In this document: in pieces, positions 51,768 through 61,702 of the stretch
Position numbering within the stretch: position 1 is the first letter of the stretch
How the letters are laid out: each line of letters begins with the position of its first letter
Origin: Rhizobiaceae bacterium
GTDB lineage: Bacteria > Pseudomonadota > Alphaproteobacteria > Rhizobiales > Rhizobiaceae
DNA: 64,000 nt
Direction: 5' to 3'
Assembly: GCA_050184585.1 (NCBI GenBank)
Contig: JBFXAF010000009.1
Span: 37,695 to 101,694, forward strand
The notes under the pieces: model-generated
Told to the model about the DNA's origin: nothing
Databases searched by the model: none
The model's input: only the letters and a program-made list of their open reading frames with translations
Made by a program: the position numbers and the translations under genes

Positions 51768-51806
51768 CGCATTTCTCCTAGAGGTGGTAGGGTCGAAACT
51801 ATCAGA

Positions 51807-53018
51807 TCACGAACTGGACACCATGCGGCCCGGATTGAGGATACCCTTCGGGTCGAATTGTTCCTTGAGCCGTTTCGAGAGTGCGGCCAGCGCCGGCGGC
51901 TGCGGCTCGAACACGAGGTGCGACGCGCGCACCGCGGCCGGTGCGCGCACCAGCGTCGCATGGCCGCCGGCTTGCCGGACCAGCCGACGCACCACCTGCG
52001 CTTCCGCCTCACCGCCTTCCATGCGCAGCCACAAGAGCCCGCCCTGCCAGTCGTAGAACGCCATTGCCGGCGTCTCTCGCCGGATGCCCAGCGCCAGCTT
52101 CCAGCCTTCCGACGGCGCCACCGAGATGCGCCAGACCGGTTTGTCCGTGCCGTCCGCGAACGGCATGCAGTCGCGCACATCGCGCCAGATCGCTCTCGAC
52201 CGCTCCCGCTCCATCTCCTCGACATGCGGCGCGCCGGCGAACAGCGCCTTGAGCATCGCGATGCGGGCGGCGACCGAAGGGCCGAACCCTTCGACGCGCA
52301 AGAGCGTGGCGGCATCGCTGCCCAGCCCGCCGCCAGCGATCGAATCGGCGACTCCCTCCGGCAGGTGGGCGGAACCAGAGACTTCCGCCGAAGATCCCAT
52401 CGCCAACGCCATGGCCGCCGCGGCCTGTTCGTCCTCCAGCTGGCGCAGCACGAACGTCGTCTCGGTCTCCGCTGCGGGCAGCACCTTGAAGGTCAGGTCC
52501 GTCACGACCGCCAGCGTGCCCCAAGAGCCCGCCATGACCTTGGAGAGGTCGTAGCCGGTGACATTCTTGACGACCCGGCCGCCCGATTTGAAGACCTCGC
52601 CTCGCCCCGATACGGCGTGGACGCCGAGGATGTGGTCGCGCGCCGCGCCCGACTTGATGCGCCGCGGACCGGAAAGGTTCGCGGCAAGCGCGCCGCCGAT
52701 CGTGCCTCGCCCGGGCTGGCCGCCGAGCAGCGGGCCGTAGTCGATAGGCTCGAAGGCGAGTTCCTGACCTCGCGAACCCAGCAGCGCTTCGATCTCGGCA
52801 AGCGGCGTACCGGCCTTCGATGAGAGCACCAGTTCCTCCGCTTCATAGAGCGTGACGCCGGAGAGGCGCGAGAGGTCCAGCGTGTGCGCGGCCTGGACCG
52901 GCGCTCCGATGCCGCGCTTCGTGCCATGGCCGAGGATTTCCAGCGGTTCCTCCTCGGCCACGGCCCACGCCACCGCGCCCAGCGCTTCCTTGGCATTCGT
53001 AGGAACGAAGGCGGTCAC
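51807..53018 (-). CDS. glcE: glycolate oxidase FAD-binding subunit
   Basis: FAD-binding PCMH-type sequence. GTG 53018 (GGAG upstream) gives a typical N-terminus; the track start at 53087 is TTG. Confidence 0.85.
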   Translation of the reverse strand: MTAFVPTNAKEALGAVAWAVAEEEPLEILGHGTKRGIGAPVQAAHTLDLSRLSGVTLYEAEELVLSSKAGTPLAEIEALLGSRGQELAFEPIDYGPLLGGQPGRGTIGGALAANLSGPRRIKSGAARDHILGVHAVSGRGEVFKSGGRVVKNVTGYDLSKVMAGSWGTLAVVTDLTFKVLPAAETETTFVLRQLEDEQAAAAMALAMGSSAEVSGSAHLPEGVADSIAGGGLGSDAATLLRVEGFGPSVAARIAMLKALFAGAPHVEEMERERSRAIWRDVRDCMPFADGTDKPVWRISVAPSEGWKLALGIRRETPAMAFYDWQGGLLWLRMEGGEAEAQVVRRLVRQAGGHATLVRAPAAVRASHLVFEPQPPALAALSKRLKEQFDPKGILNPGRMVSSS

Positions 53019-53163
53019 CGGGCCATCTCCGCGGAGCGGCGCCAGTCGCTCGTGATGTTCATGTCCGGCAGGGCAAGCACCGCCCAACGTTTCCGGCGCC
53101 GGAAGGCAAGTGTCGCCTTGTCTCTCGCAATCGCCTCCAGCGTCTCCCGTATCAAAAGCACAC

Positions 53164-54660
53164 TCAGAACCTCGGAATGTCCGGGAACGCCACCTGGCCG
53201 CGATGGACGTGCATGCGGCCGAGCTCGGCGCAGCGCCTGAGCTGCGGGAAGACTTTGCCCGGATTGAGCAGATGATTGGGGTCGAAGGCGCATTTGACCC
53301 GCATCTGCTGGTCGAGGTCGGCTTCCGAGAACATCTCGGGCATCAAGTCGCGCTTCTCGACGCCGACGCCGTGTTCGCCAGTGAGCACGCCGCCAACCCT
53401 TACGCAGAGGCGCAGGATGTCGGCGCCGAAAGCCTCGGCCCGCTCGAGTTCGCCCGGCCGGTTGGCGTCGTAGAGGATGAGCGGGTGGAGGTTGCCGTCG
53501 CCCGCGTGGAACACGTTCGCGACCCGCAGCCCATATGTCTCCGACAGTTCCCGCATTCCGGCCAGGACCCTGGGCAGTTCCTTGCGCGGGATCGTTCCGT
53601 CCATGCAGTAATAGTCCGGCGAAATGCGGCCGACGGCCGGGAAGGCGGCCTTGCGGCCGGCCCAGAAGGACAGCCGCTCCTCCTCCGAGGTCGAGATACG
53701 GCAAACCGTAGCCCCGTTTGCCCGAGCGATCGTCTCGACCCGGTCGATCAGGTGGTCGACCTCGACCCCGGGTCCATCGAGCTCGACGATCAGCAGGGCT
53801 TCGACATCCAGCGGATAGCCCGCGCGCACGAAATCCTCGGCGGCGTGGATGGCGGGCCGGTCCATCATCTCCATCCCCCCAGGAATTATGCCGGCTCCGA
53901 TGATGTCCGCCACGCACTGTCCGCCCTGTTCGCTGGTCGGGAAACCGAGGAGCAGGGCACGCGCGGTCTCCGGCTTGCGCAGGATGCGAACGGTGACCTC
54001 GGTGACGACCCCGAGCAGCCCTTCCGAACCGGTCATGACGCCGAGCAGATCATAGCCTTCCGCGTCGAGGTGACGACCGCCGAGACGAATGACCTCGCCA
54101 TTCATCAGCACCATCTCGATGCCGAGTACGTTGTTGGCAGTCAGACCGTATTTCAGGCAGTGAACGCCGCCGGAGTTCTCAGCCACGTTGCCGCCGATTG
54201 AGCACGCGATCTGCGACGACGGATCCGGCGCGTAATAGAACCCTTCCTGCTCGACCGCATGGGTGATGCCGAGATTCGTCACGCCCGGCTGCGCGACGAC
54301 GCAGCGGTTGGGATAGTCGATCGACAGGATGCGGCTGAACCGGCTCATGACCAGCAGCACCGCATCCTCCAGCGGCAGCGCCCCGCCCGACAGCGACGTG
54401 CCCGAGCCTCGCGGCACCACCCGGATGTTGCGCTGGTCGCAATATTTCAGGATTCGCGCCACCTGACCGGTCGTCTCCGGCAGCACCACGACCAGCGGCA
54501 ATTGCCGATAGGCGGTGAGGCCGTCCGTCTCGAAGGCCCGCATCTCGTTGATCGTGTCGACCACACCCTCGCCCGGCACGATCGTGCGCATATCGGCGAC
54601 GATCTCGGCGCGCCGGCCGAGCGTGGCGGCGTCGGGTTTCGGCATGACGAGGCCGGACAT
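53164..54660 (-). CDS. glcD: glycolate oxidase subunit GlcD (FAD-linked oxidase)
   Basis: 498 aa. VVPRGSGTSLSGGALP FAD-binding motif. Confidence 0.9.
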   Translation of the reverse strand: MSGLVMPKPDAATLGRRAEIVADMRTIVPGEGVVDTINEMRAFETDGLTAYRQLPLVVVLPETTGQVARILKYCDQRNIRVVPRGSGTSLSGGALPLEDAVLLVMSRFSRILSIDYPNRCVVAQPGVTNLGITHAVEQEGFYYAPDPSSQIACSIGGNVAENSGGVHCLKYGLTANNVLGIEMVLMNGEVIRLGGRHLDAEGYDLLGVMTGSEGLLGVVTEVTVRILRKPETARALLLGFPTSEQGGQCVADIIGAGIIPGGMEMMDRPAIHAAEDFVRAGYPLDVEALLIVELDGPGVEVDHLIDRVETIARANGATVCRISTSEEERLSFWAGRKAAFPAVGRISPDYYCMDGTIPRKELPRVLAGMRELSETYGLRVANVFHAGDGNLHPLILYDANRPGELERAEAFGADILRLCVRVGGVLTGEHGVGVEKRDLMPEMFSEADLDQQMRVKCAFDPNHLLNPGKVFPQLRRCAELGRMHVHRGQVAFPDIPRF

Positions 54661-54675
54661 GCGACCCTCCGAGAG

Positions 54676-54698
54676 ACTGGTAAAGCGACTTTACCAGT
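54676..54698. promoter_or_regulatory. 23-bp palindrome ACTGGTAAAG-cga-CTTTACCAGT (candidate GntR-family operator)
   Basis: Perfect 10-bp arms, in the glcD / gntR-lutABC divergent region. Confidence 0.45.
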
Positions 54699-54760
54699 GG
54701 ATGAGACCCTTCGTAAACCCGCATGAAACCCTTAAGTCTCCAAATCCGGCCTGCCGCGCC

Positions 54761-54783
54761 ACTGGACAAAACAATTGACCAGT
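54761..54783. promoter_or_regulatory. 23-bp near-palindrome ACTGGACAA-aacaa-TTGACCAGT (second candidate operator)
   Basis: Same ACTGG...CCAGT ends as site 1. Lies 37 nt upstream of the GntR ATG. Confidence 0.4.
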
Positions 54784-54819
54784 TGGACGGTCCGGCGCTA
54801 GGTTCTCGGCGAACGCGGA

Positions 54820-55629
54820 ATGTCGATCGAAGTGGGCGCAATCTTCTCACGCATCGAGCACACGCGCACGGCCGACGACGTCGCCGGGCAGATCGAGGGG
54901 CTGATCCTCGAAGGCGTGCTGCGCGCCGGCGATCGGTTGCCGGGGGAGCGCGACCTCGCACGCCAGTTCGACGTGTCACGGCCCATCCTGCGGGATGCGC
55001 TGAAGGAACTTGAGGCGCGTGGGCTCCTGGTGACGCGCCATGGGGGCGGCACCCATGTGGCCGACGTGACGGGGCAGGTCTTCTCGCCTCCCATAGTCGA
55101 CCTGATAGCGGCCCACCCCAAGGCCGCGACCGATTACCTGGAATACAGGCGCGAGATCGAGGCGGTCGCGGCCGAACTCGCTGCCCGCCGTGCGACCGTG
55201 GAGGACCTTGCGCTGCTCGACCGGATCGTGGCGCGAATGGAGGAAGCGCATTCCGGCGGCGATTTCGAATCCGAGGCGGCGATCGACGTCGAGTTCCACA
55301 GCGCGATCGGCGAGTGCGCGCACAACATCGTTCTCCTGCACACGTTGCGCGCCTGCTACAGGCTGCTCTCCGACGGAGTGTTCCATACCCGCTTCGCGAT
55401 CTTCCGGTTGCCGGGCATGCGCGAGGCGCTGCTCGACCAGCACAAGTCGATCCACCGCGCGATCGTCGCGCGCGATGCCGCCAGCGCGCGGACGGCGGCG
55501 CAGACGCACATCGACGCCGTGACGCGCGCAATGGCCGAGGCCGAGCGATCCGGAGAGTGGCAGCGCGTGGCGCGGCTGAGATTGACCCAGCGATCGGGCA
55601 GCGAGAGCAAGGCGAAGGCGAATGCTTGA
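54820..55629 (+). CDS. GntR family regulator (FCD domain; LldR/PdhR-like)
   Basis: HTH (GERDLARQFDVSRPILRDALKELE). Overlaps the lutA start by 8 nt. Confidence 0.85.
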   Translation: MSIEVGAIFSRIEHTRTADDVAGQIEGLILEGVLRAGDRLPGERDLARQFDVSRPILRDALKELEARGLLVTRHGGGTHVADVTGQVFSPPIVDLIAAHPKAATDYLEYRREIEAVAAELAARRATVEDLALLDRIVARMEEAHSGGDFESEAAIDVEFHSAIGECAHNIVLLHTLRACYRLLSDGVFHTRFAIFRLPGMREALLDQHKSIHRAIVARDAASARTAAQTHIDAVTRAMAEAERSGEWQRVARLRLTQRSGSESKAKANA

Positions 55630-56425
55630 ACAGGCGGAGACGGACGGCGGCAATCTGGAAACGGCCGGGGCTAAACCCCGCGTCGGCCTGTTCGTCACCT
55701 GCCTGGTCGACCTGTTCCGGCCGGCGGTCGGCTTCGCCTCGATCAAGCTGATCGAGGATGCCGGCTGTACGGTCGAGGTGCCGCTGGCCCAGACCTGCTG
55801 CGGGCAGCCGGCCTACAATTCCGGCGACCGCAAGGACGCCAGGGAGATCGCCAAGGGCACCATCCAGGCGTTCGAGGACTTCGACTATGTGGTCGCTCCG
55901 TCCGGGTCCTGCGCGGGGATGCTCAGGAAGCATTATCCGGCGTTGTTTCAGGGCGATGCGAAGTGGGAAGACCGGTCCATCGCCTTCTCGGCCAAGGTGC
56001 ATGAACTGGTGAGCTTCATCGCCGACGTGCGCGGAATGACCGACGTGCAGGCAAAGCTGAAGGCCACGGCGACCTATCACGATTCCTGTTCGGGCCTGCG
56101 CGAACTGGGGGTTCGCGAGCAGCCTCGCCGGCTGCTTCGGTCCGTCAAGGGACTGAAGCTTGTCGAGATGCGCGATCCCGACGTGTGTTGCGGCTTCGGG
56201 GGCACGTTCTGCGTGAAATACTCGGACATCTCGAACACGATCGTCGCGAAGAAGACAGAAAACATCGAGGCCTCGGGCGCGGAGACGCTGCTTGCCGGCG
56301 ACCTCGGCTGCCTGATGAACATGGCCGGCAAGCTGAAACGCGCCGGATCGTCGGTGGAGGTCCGCCATGTCGCCGAGGTTCTGGCCGACATGGGCGACGA
56401 GGCGCCGATCGGGGGCAGGGGTTAG
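55622..56425 (+). CDS. lutA: lactate utilisation protein A ((Fe-S)-binding, CCG domains)
   Basis: VGLFVTCLVDLFRP and CCG-type Cys motifs. Confidence 0.85.
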   Translation: MLEQAETDGGNLETAGAKPRVGLFVTCLVDLFRPAVGFASIKLIEDAGCTVEVPLAQTCCGQPAYNSGDRKDAREIAKGTIQAFEDFDYVVAPSGSCAGMLRKHYPALFQGDAKWEDRSIAFSAKVHELVSFIADVRGMTDVQAKLKATATYHDSCSGLRELGVREQPRRLLRSVKGLKLVEMRDPDVCCGFGGTFCVKYSDISNTIVAKKTENIEASGAETLLAGDLGCLMNMAGKLKRAGSSVEVRHVAEVLADMGDEAPIGGRG

Positions 56426-56427
56426 CG

Positions 56428-57861
56428 ATGCAGATAACCTCCCCCTCGTTCAAGGAGAACGCCGTCGAGGCGCTCGCGGACGGCCAGCTCCAGAAGGCGC
56501 TGGGCAACGTGCGCGGCGGGTTCATCGACAAGCGCAAGAAGGCCGCCGACGCGCTGCCCGAATTCGACGCGCTGCGCGACAGTGCGAAAGCCATCAAGGA
56601 TCACACGCTCGCGCATCTCGACGTCTACCTCGAGGCCTATGAGGAACGCGTGACCGCCGCCGGCGGCAAGGTGCACTGGGCCGAGACGGCAGCCGACGCG
56701 CGGGGCATCGTCCTCGATATCTGCCGCATGGCCAACGCCCGCACGGTGACCAAGGGCAAGTCGATGATCACGGAGGAGATCGGGCTGAACGATTTCCTGT
56801 CGGGCATGGGCATCCGCCCGGTCGAGACCGATCTCGGCGAATACATCATCCAGTTGCGCAACGAGCATCCGAGCCACATCATCGCGCCGGCCGTGCATCT
56901 GAACGCGGAGCAGATCGAGGCCGACTTCCGCCGCGTGCATGACTACCTGCCGCCGCATCGTGACCTGTCGGAACCCGAGCAGCTTCTCGGTGAGGCGCGG
57001 CGGGTGCTCAGACCGGAATACTTCGCCGCCGACGTCGGCATCACCGGAGCGAACTTCCTGGTGGCCGAGACCGGCTCGTCCATCATCGTGACCAACGAGG
57101 GCAATGGCGACCTGACCCAGACGCTGGCGCGGGTCCACGTCGTGGTCGCCTCGATCGAGAAGGTCGTGCCGACGCTCGAGGACGCCTCGCAGATCATCCG
57201 CGTGCTGGCGCGCTCGGCGACCGGCCAGGAAATGAGCGTCTACACGACCGTGTCGACAGGGCCGCGCCGGACCGAGGATCCCGACGGGCCGGAGGAATAC
57301 CACGTCATCCTGCTCGACAATGGGCGGTCGTCTATGCTCGGCACCGAGTTCCAGGAGATGCTGCGCTGCATCCGCTGCGGCGCCTGCATGAACCACTGCC
57401 CCGTCTATCATGCGGTCGGCGGACACGCCTATGGCTGGGTCTATCCTGGCCCGATGGGCGCAGTGCTCACCCCCTCGCTGATCGGGGTGGAAAAGGGCGG
57501 GCACCTGCCGAACGCATCCACCTTCTGCGGTCGATGCGAAAGCGTGTGCCCCATGCGAATCCCGCTGCCCAAGATGATGCGGCATTGGCGCGAGAAGGAG
57601 TTCGAGCGGGGGCTCAATCCCGCGACGCAGCGCTGGGGCCTGAAGTTCTGGGCCTTCTTCGCCAAACGGCCGATGCTCTACAGGGCGGCGGCCTCGATCG
57701 CGATTCCCGTGCTGAAGCTCTTCGACAAGCGAGGGGGGCGCTTTCGCTTCCTGCCGCTCGCCGGAGGGTGGACGCGCTATCGCGATCTGCCCGCGCCCGA
57801 GAGCCGCACCTTCATGCAGCAGATGCGCGACCGCGCGGTCGAGGCAAGGCAGGGCGCATGA
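56428..57861 (+). CDS. lutB: lactate utilisation protein B (4Fe-4S)
   Basis: ATG 56428. CIRCGACMNHCPVY motif. 477 aa. Confidence 0.9.
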   Translation: MQITSPSFKENAVEALADGQLQKALGNVRGGFIDKRKKAADALPEFDALRDSAKAIKDHTLAHLDVYLEAYEERVTAAGGKVHWAETAADARGIVLDICRMANARTVTKGKSMITEEIGLNDFLSGMGIRPVETDLGEYIIQLRNEHPSHIIAPAVHLNAEQIEADFRRVHDYLPPHRDLSEPEQLLGEARRVLRPEYFAADVGITGANFLVAETGSSIIVTNEGNGDLTQTLARVHVVVASIEKVVPTLEDASQIIRVLARSATGQEMSVYTTVSTGPRRTEDPDGPEEYHVILLDNGRSSMLGTEFQEMLRCIRCGACMNHCPVYHAVGGHAYGWVYPGPMGAVLTPSLIGVEKGGHLPNASTFCGRCESVCPMRIPLPKMMRHWREKEFERGLNPATQRWGLKFWAFFAKRPMLYRAAASIAIPVLKLFDKRGGRFRFLPLAGGWTRYRDLPAPESRTFMQQMRDRAVEARQGA

Positions 57862-58547
57862 AGAAGCCGGTGCTCAGCGGCCGCGAAGCCGTTCTGAAGA
57901 AGGTCCGCGCGGCGCTCGGCGTGACGCAGGGCGACGTCGTGCGGCGCGCCGCGGTCGAGGACCGCATTGCGCTTACGCCGCTCGGCGTCATGCCAGCGCG
58001 CGGCCAGCTTCCGCTGGTCGAACGCACCGAACTGTTCGTGAAGATGGCGCAGACGCTGGCTGCGACGGTCGACCGGGTGACAAAGCCCGAGGACGTGCCC
58101 AGGGCGATCGTGGAGTATCTCAGACAGCGCAATCTGCCGGCGGCCGTGCGCATGGGCGACGACCGTCGCCTCCAGCGCATGCCGTGGTCGAGACATCGCG
58201 CCCTCGAGGTTCGGACCGGCCGCGCCGATCCCGACGACGAGGTCGGCGTGAGCCATGCGCTGCGCGCTATCGCCGAGACCGGGACGGTGGTGCTGGAGTC
58301 GGGTCCCGCCAATCCGACGACCGTCAACTTCCTGCCGGAGCATCACATCGTCGTTGTCGATGTCGAAGACATTGCCGGCGACATGGAGGCCGTCTTCGCC
58401 AAGGTACGCAAGAAGCATGGCAAGGGCCGCATGCCGCGTGTGGTGAACCTGATTTCAGGACCGTCCCGATCAGGTGACGTCGAGCAGAAGATCGTGCTCG
58501 GCGCGCACGGCCCGCGTGCGCTGCATTTGATCGTGGTAGGCGGCTGA
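57858..58547 (+). CDS. lutC: lactate utilisation protein C (LUD domain)
   Basis: ATGA overlap with lutB. 229 aa. Confidence 0.85.
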   Translation: MKKPVLSGREAVLKKVRAALGVTQGDVVRRAAVEDRIALTPLGVMPARGQLPLVERTELFVKMAQTLAATVDRVTKPEDVPRAIVEYLRQRNLPAAVRMGDDRRLQRMPWSRHRALEVRTGRADPDDEVGVSHALRAIAETGTVVLESGPANPTTVNFLPEHHIVVVDVEDIAGDMEAVFAKVRKKHGKGRMPRVVNLISGPSRSGDVEQKIVLGAHGPRALHLIVVGG

Positions 58548-58552
58548 CGCCG

Positions 58553-59281
58553 TTGCCCGGCGTTCATTTCATCGATGCACGCGGCCCCGAAGGCGTGCGC
58601 CTCTATGCCATCGGAGACATCCACGGCCGCCTCGACCTCCTCGAGGCGATGTATGAGAAGATCGAGGATGACCGCCGCGACGCCGCCGACTGGCGGATCG
58701 TCCATCTCGGTGACTATGTCGACCGTGGCCCCGATTCACGCGGTGTGATCGACGCGATCATCCGTGCCTCGGAAGGCGGCAAGGTGACGGCAATTGCCGG
58801 CAACCACGACATCGCCTTTCTCGACTTCATTGCCACGCCGGATGCGCGCGGCCTGTTCGCGCGGTTCGGCGGCGATGCGACCGCGCGGTCCTACGGCGTC
58901 GAGATCGCCTTCGAGCCGCAGTGGCTCTTGAAGGATGGTCATCGCGCGCTGGTCGCGGCGGTCCCGGATGCGCATGTCGAGTTCCTGCAAGTGCTGAAGC
59001 TGTCGTTCGACGCAGGCTACTTCTTCTTCTGTCATGCCGGCATACGGCCGGGCGTCGAACTGGACCGCCAGGACGCCCAGGATCTCGTCTGGATCAGGGA
59101 TGTGTTCCTGGGCCATCCGGGGTTGCACCCGAAGGTGATCGTGCACGGGCACACGCCCGCGGACGAGCCGGAGGTTCTGGCGAACCGCGTCAATGTGGAC
59201 ACCGGCGCCTATTTCAGCGGCGTGCTCACCGCGCTGGTGATTGACGGAGCCGAAAAGCGGCTGTTGCAGGCGAAGAGATAG
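58553..59281 (+). CDS. metallophosphoesterase (Ser/Thr phosphatase / ApaH-like)
   Basis: GDIHG, GDYVDRGPDS and GNHD motifs. TTG start (uncertain). Confidence 0.8.
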   Translation: MPGVHFIDARGPEGVRLYAIGDIHGRLDLLEAMYEKIEDDRRDAADWRIVHLGDYVDRGPDSRGVIDAIIRASEGGKVTAIAGNHDIAFLDFIATPDARGLFARFGGDATARSYGVEIAFEPQWLLKDGHRALVAAVPDAHVEFLQVLKLSFDAGYFFFCHAGIRPGVELDRQDAQDLVWIRDVFLGHPGLHPKVIVHGHTPADEPEVLANRVNVDTGAYFSGVLTALVIDGAEKRLLQAKR

Positions 59282-59282
59282 G

Positions 59283-60158
59283 CTACCGCTGCCGGTCCAT
59301 GCCCTGCAGGAACTGGTCGAAGATCGAGCCGACCGTCTTCTGGTAGTCGTCGCGCTGCTTGGCGCCCGTTTCGAACATGTCGCCGAACAGGTCGTCATAG
59401 GGCGTGCGGGCGCGTCCGCTCGGATTGTTGCGCGACGTCTTTCGTGGCGACGGCTCGGGTTGAGGCGCCGAGGCGCGGCCAGCCCCCATCATCTCCTCGA
59501 AGATGCGGCCGAGCGGGTTGTCCATCGGACCGGGCTGCTGGGTCTGGCGGCGAGGCTCGGGCTGTGGCTGGCCGCCGCCGAACATGCCCTCGAGGATCTT
59601 TCCGAACGGGTTGTCGAGGGGGTTCGGCGCCTCCGCGGGCCGCTGCGGCATTCCGAAGCCGCCGCCCTGCCGCATCATCTGTTCGATGATGTCGCCGAGC
59701 GGGTTCGATCCGCCGCCAAAACCCGCGGCCTGCGCCTGATTCGTCGACTGCTTGAACAGCCCGCCCATGATCATGGCGGCAATCGCCGGCAGCATCTGCT
59801 TCAGCACCTCCTGGCCTATGCCGGTCGCCTGCGCGGCCTGGGCGGTGACGGCGCGCGACAGCTCCTTGGAGCCGAACAGGTGCCCGAGGATGCCGTTGCC
59901 CTCCTGCATGCCGGCGGGGGTGAAGGCTGCGGCCGGGTTCTCGAAGTACTTTGCGTGCTGACCCGTCGACAGCGCCGACAGGAAGGAGCCGACGCCATAG
60001 GGGTCGGAGGCGTTGCGCTTGAGGCCCTCGCTGAAGGCCGGCAGCAGTGCTTCCAGTGCCAGCTGCGCCTGCTGCTGCGAAAGATTGAACTGCCTGGCCA
60101 GAAGGTCGACGCCGCCGCCGCTCTGCGCCTTCGTCATCATGTCGAACAGATTGAGCAC
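59283..60158 (-). CDS. DUF937-like protein
   Basis: GTG start with GGAGG RBS. N-terminus MLNLFDMMTKAQSGGGVDLLARQF followed by a low-complexity Gly/Pro/Gln-rich tail. The family name is from memory. Confidence 0.65.
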   Translation of the reverse strand: MLNLFDMMTKAQSGGGVDLLARQFNLSQQQAQLALEALLPAFSEGLKRNASDPYGVGSFLSALSTGQHAKYFENPAAAFTPAGMQEGNGILGHLFGSKELSRAVTAQAAQATGIGQEVLKQMLPAIAAMIMGGLFKQSTNQAQAAGFGGGSNPLGDIIEQMMRQGGGFGMPQRPAEAPNPLDNPFGKILEGMFGGGQPQPEPRRQTQQPGPMDNPLGRIFEEMMGAGRASAPQPEPSPRKTSRNNPSGRARTPYDDLFGDMFETGAKQRDDYQKTVGSIFDQFLQGMDRQR

Positions 60159-60219
60159 GGCCGCCCTCCGTTGATGTGCCGGACAGGAAGCTAGCGCAAA
60201 GCGCGGTGCGCGAAAACGC

Positions 60220-61593
60220 TCAGTATGCGTATTCCATGAACACTGGCTCGATGGAGCCGCCCCAGCGCGTGTGATAGGCCGAAAGCATCTCCTCGGCCTG
60301 GGTGGTGCCGCGGGCGACGACCTCTTCGAGCGGGCTGAGGAACGACGACTCGTCGTATCCGTCGCGGTTCGTGCGGGCCCGATTCTTCAGGCCCGCGCGT
60401 GACAGGGCCAGGACCTCGCGCGCCATGTCGCGCAACGGCGCGTTCCGGAACTCGGCCTCCAGCGCCATTTCAGGCACCTTGTCGCGGAGCGCCAGCACGT
60501 CCGCATACGTCCAGTCCCTGGTGAGGTCCTCGGCGGCGTCAAGAGCCTGCTCGTCGTAGAGCAGGCCGACCCAGAACGCGGGGAGCGCGCAGATCTTCCG
60601 CCACGGTCCACCATCGGCGCCCCGCATCTCGAGGAATCGTTTGAGACGTACGTCGGGGAAGAGTGTCGACAGGTGGTTCGCCCAGTCGCCGATGGTCGGC
60701 GTGCCGTCCGGAACGGAGTTGCGCAGTGCGCCGGCCATGAACTGGCGGAACGTGACGTGCGTGCAGTCGTGATAGTGGCCGTCGCGGATGACGAAGTACA
60801 TGGGAACGTCCAGCGCCCACTCCACATAGTCGGCGTAGCAGAAGTCGCGCGAGAAGCAGAACTCCAGGAGCCCGGCGCGCTGGTTGTCGGTGTCGCGCCA
60901 GATGTCGCCGCGCCATGACCGCAGCCCGTTCGGCCGGCCGTCGGTGAACGGCGAACTGGCGAACAAGGCGGTGGCCAGAGGTTGCAGCTTCAGCGACACC
61001 TGCATCTTGCGGCGCATGTCCGCCTCGCTGTCGAAGTCGAGGTTCACCTGGATGGTGCAGGTGCGGTACATCATGTCCAGGCCCTTGGCGCCGACCTTGG
61101 GCATGTATCGGGTCATGATATCGTAGCGCGATTTCGGCATTCTCGGCGTATCGGCGAGCGTCCATTTCGGACTGCCGCCAAGGCCCAGGAAACGGATGCC
61201 GAGCGGCTCGGCGATCTCGCGCAATTGAGCCAGATGCGCGTTTCCCTCGCGGCAGGTCTGGTGGATCGTCTCCAGCGGGGCGCCAGAGAGCTCGAACTGC
61301 CCGCCTGGTTCGAGGGAGATGGCGCCTTGGCCGGTCGGACCGCCGAGTCCGATTATCCGTCCGTCATCGAGAATCGGCTCCCAGCCAAGCTTCTGCTGCA
61401 TGCCCTCGAGGAGGGCCCTGATGCCTCGATCGCCGCCGTAGGGAACTGGCCCGTTGCCATCGATGTAGAACGGGAATTTCTCGTGCTCGGTGCCGATGCG
61501 CCACTGGTCGCGCGGCTTCTCGCCCTTGGCGATCCAGCCGACGAGCTGATCCATCCCCTCGATCGGCCGGTTGTCGGTCGTGTCACGCGCCAT
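60220..61593 (-). CDS. gshA: glutamate--cysteine ligase, plant/alphaproteobacterial type (GCS2)
   Basis: ATG 61593. 457 aa (RIGTEHEKF, YRTCTIQVNLDF). Confidence 0.9.
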   Translation of the reverse strand: MARDTTDNRPIEGMDQLVGWIAKGEKPRDQWRIGTEHEKFPFYIDGNGPVPYGGDRGIRALLEGMQQKLGWEPILDDGRIIGLGGPTGQGAISLEPGGQFELSGAPLETIHQTCREGNAHLAQLREIAEPLGIRFLGLGGSPKWTLADTPRMPKSRYDIMTRYMPKVGAKGLDMMYRTCTIQVNLDFDSEADMRRKMQVSLKLQPLATALFASSPFTDGRPNGLRSWRGDIWRDTDNQRAGLLEFCFSRDFCYADYVEWALDVPMYFVIRDGHYHDCTHVTFRQFMAGALRNSVPDGTPTIGDWANHLSTLFPDVRLKRFLEMRGADGGPWRKICALPAFWVGLLYDEQALDAAEDLTRDWTYADVLALRDKVPEMALEAEFRNAPLRDMAREVLALSRAGLKNRARTNRDGYDESSFLSPLEEVVARGTTQAEEMLSAYHTRWGGSIEPVFMEYAY

Positions 61594-61702
61594 GCAGGAA
61601 GCGTCTCCGAAGTCTTTTAGGTGGCGTTGATGGACGAACAGCCGCCCCACCCGCAAGCGAATAATGCTGACGGATAGATCAAGGCCGCTTGAGGGATCGT
61701 GT

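Noticed and set aside
54179-56368. 729-aa minus-strand ORF
   Set aside because: It spans a divergent promoter region and lies antisense to the GntR and lutA genes. The in-frame part overlapping glcD is out of frame with the real gene.
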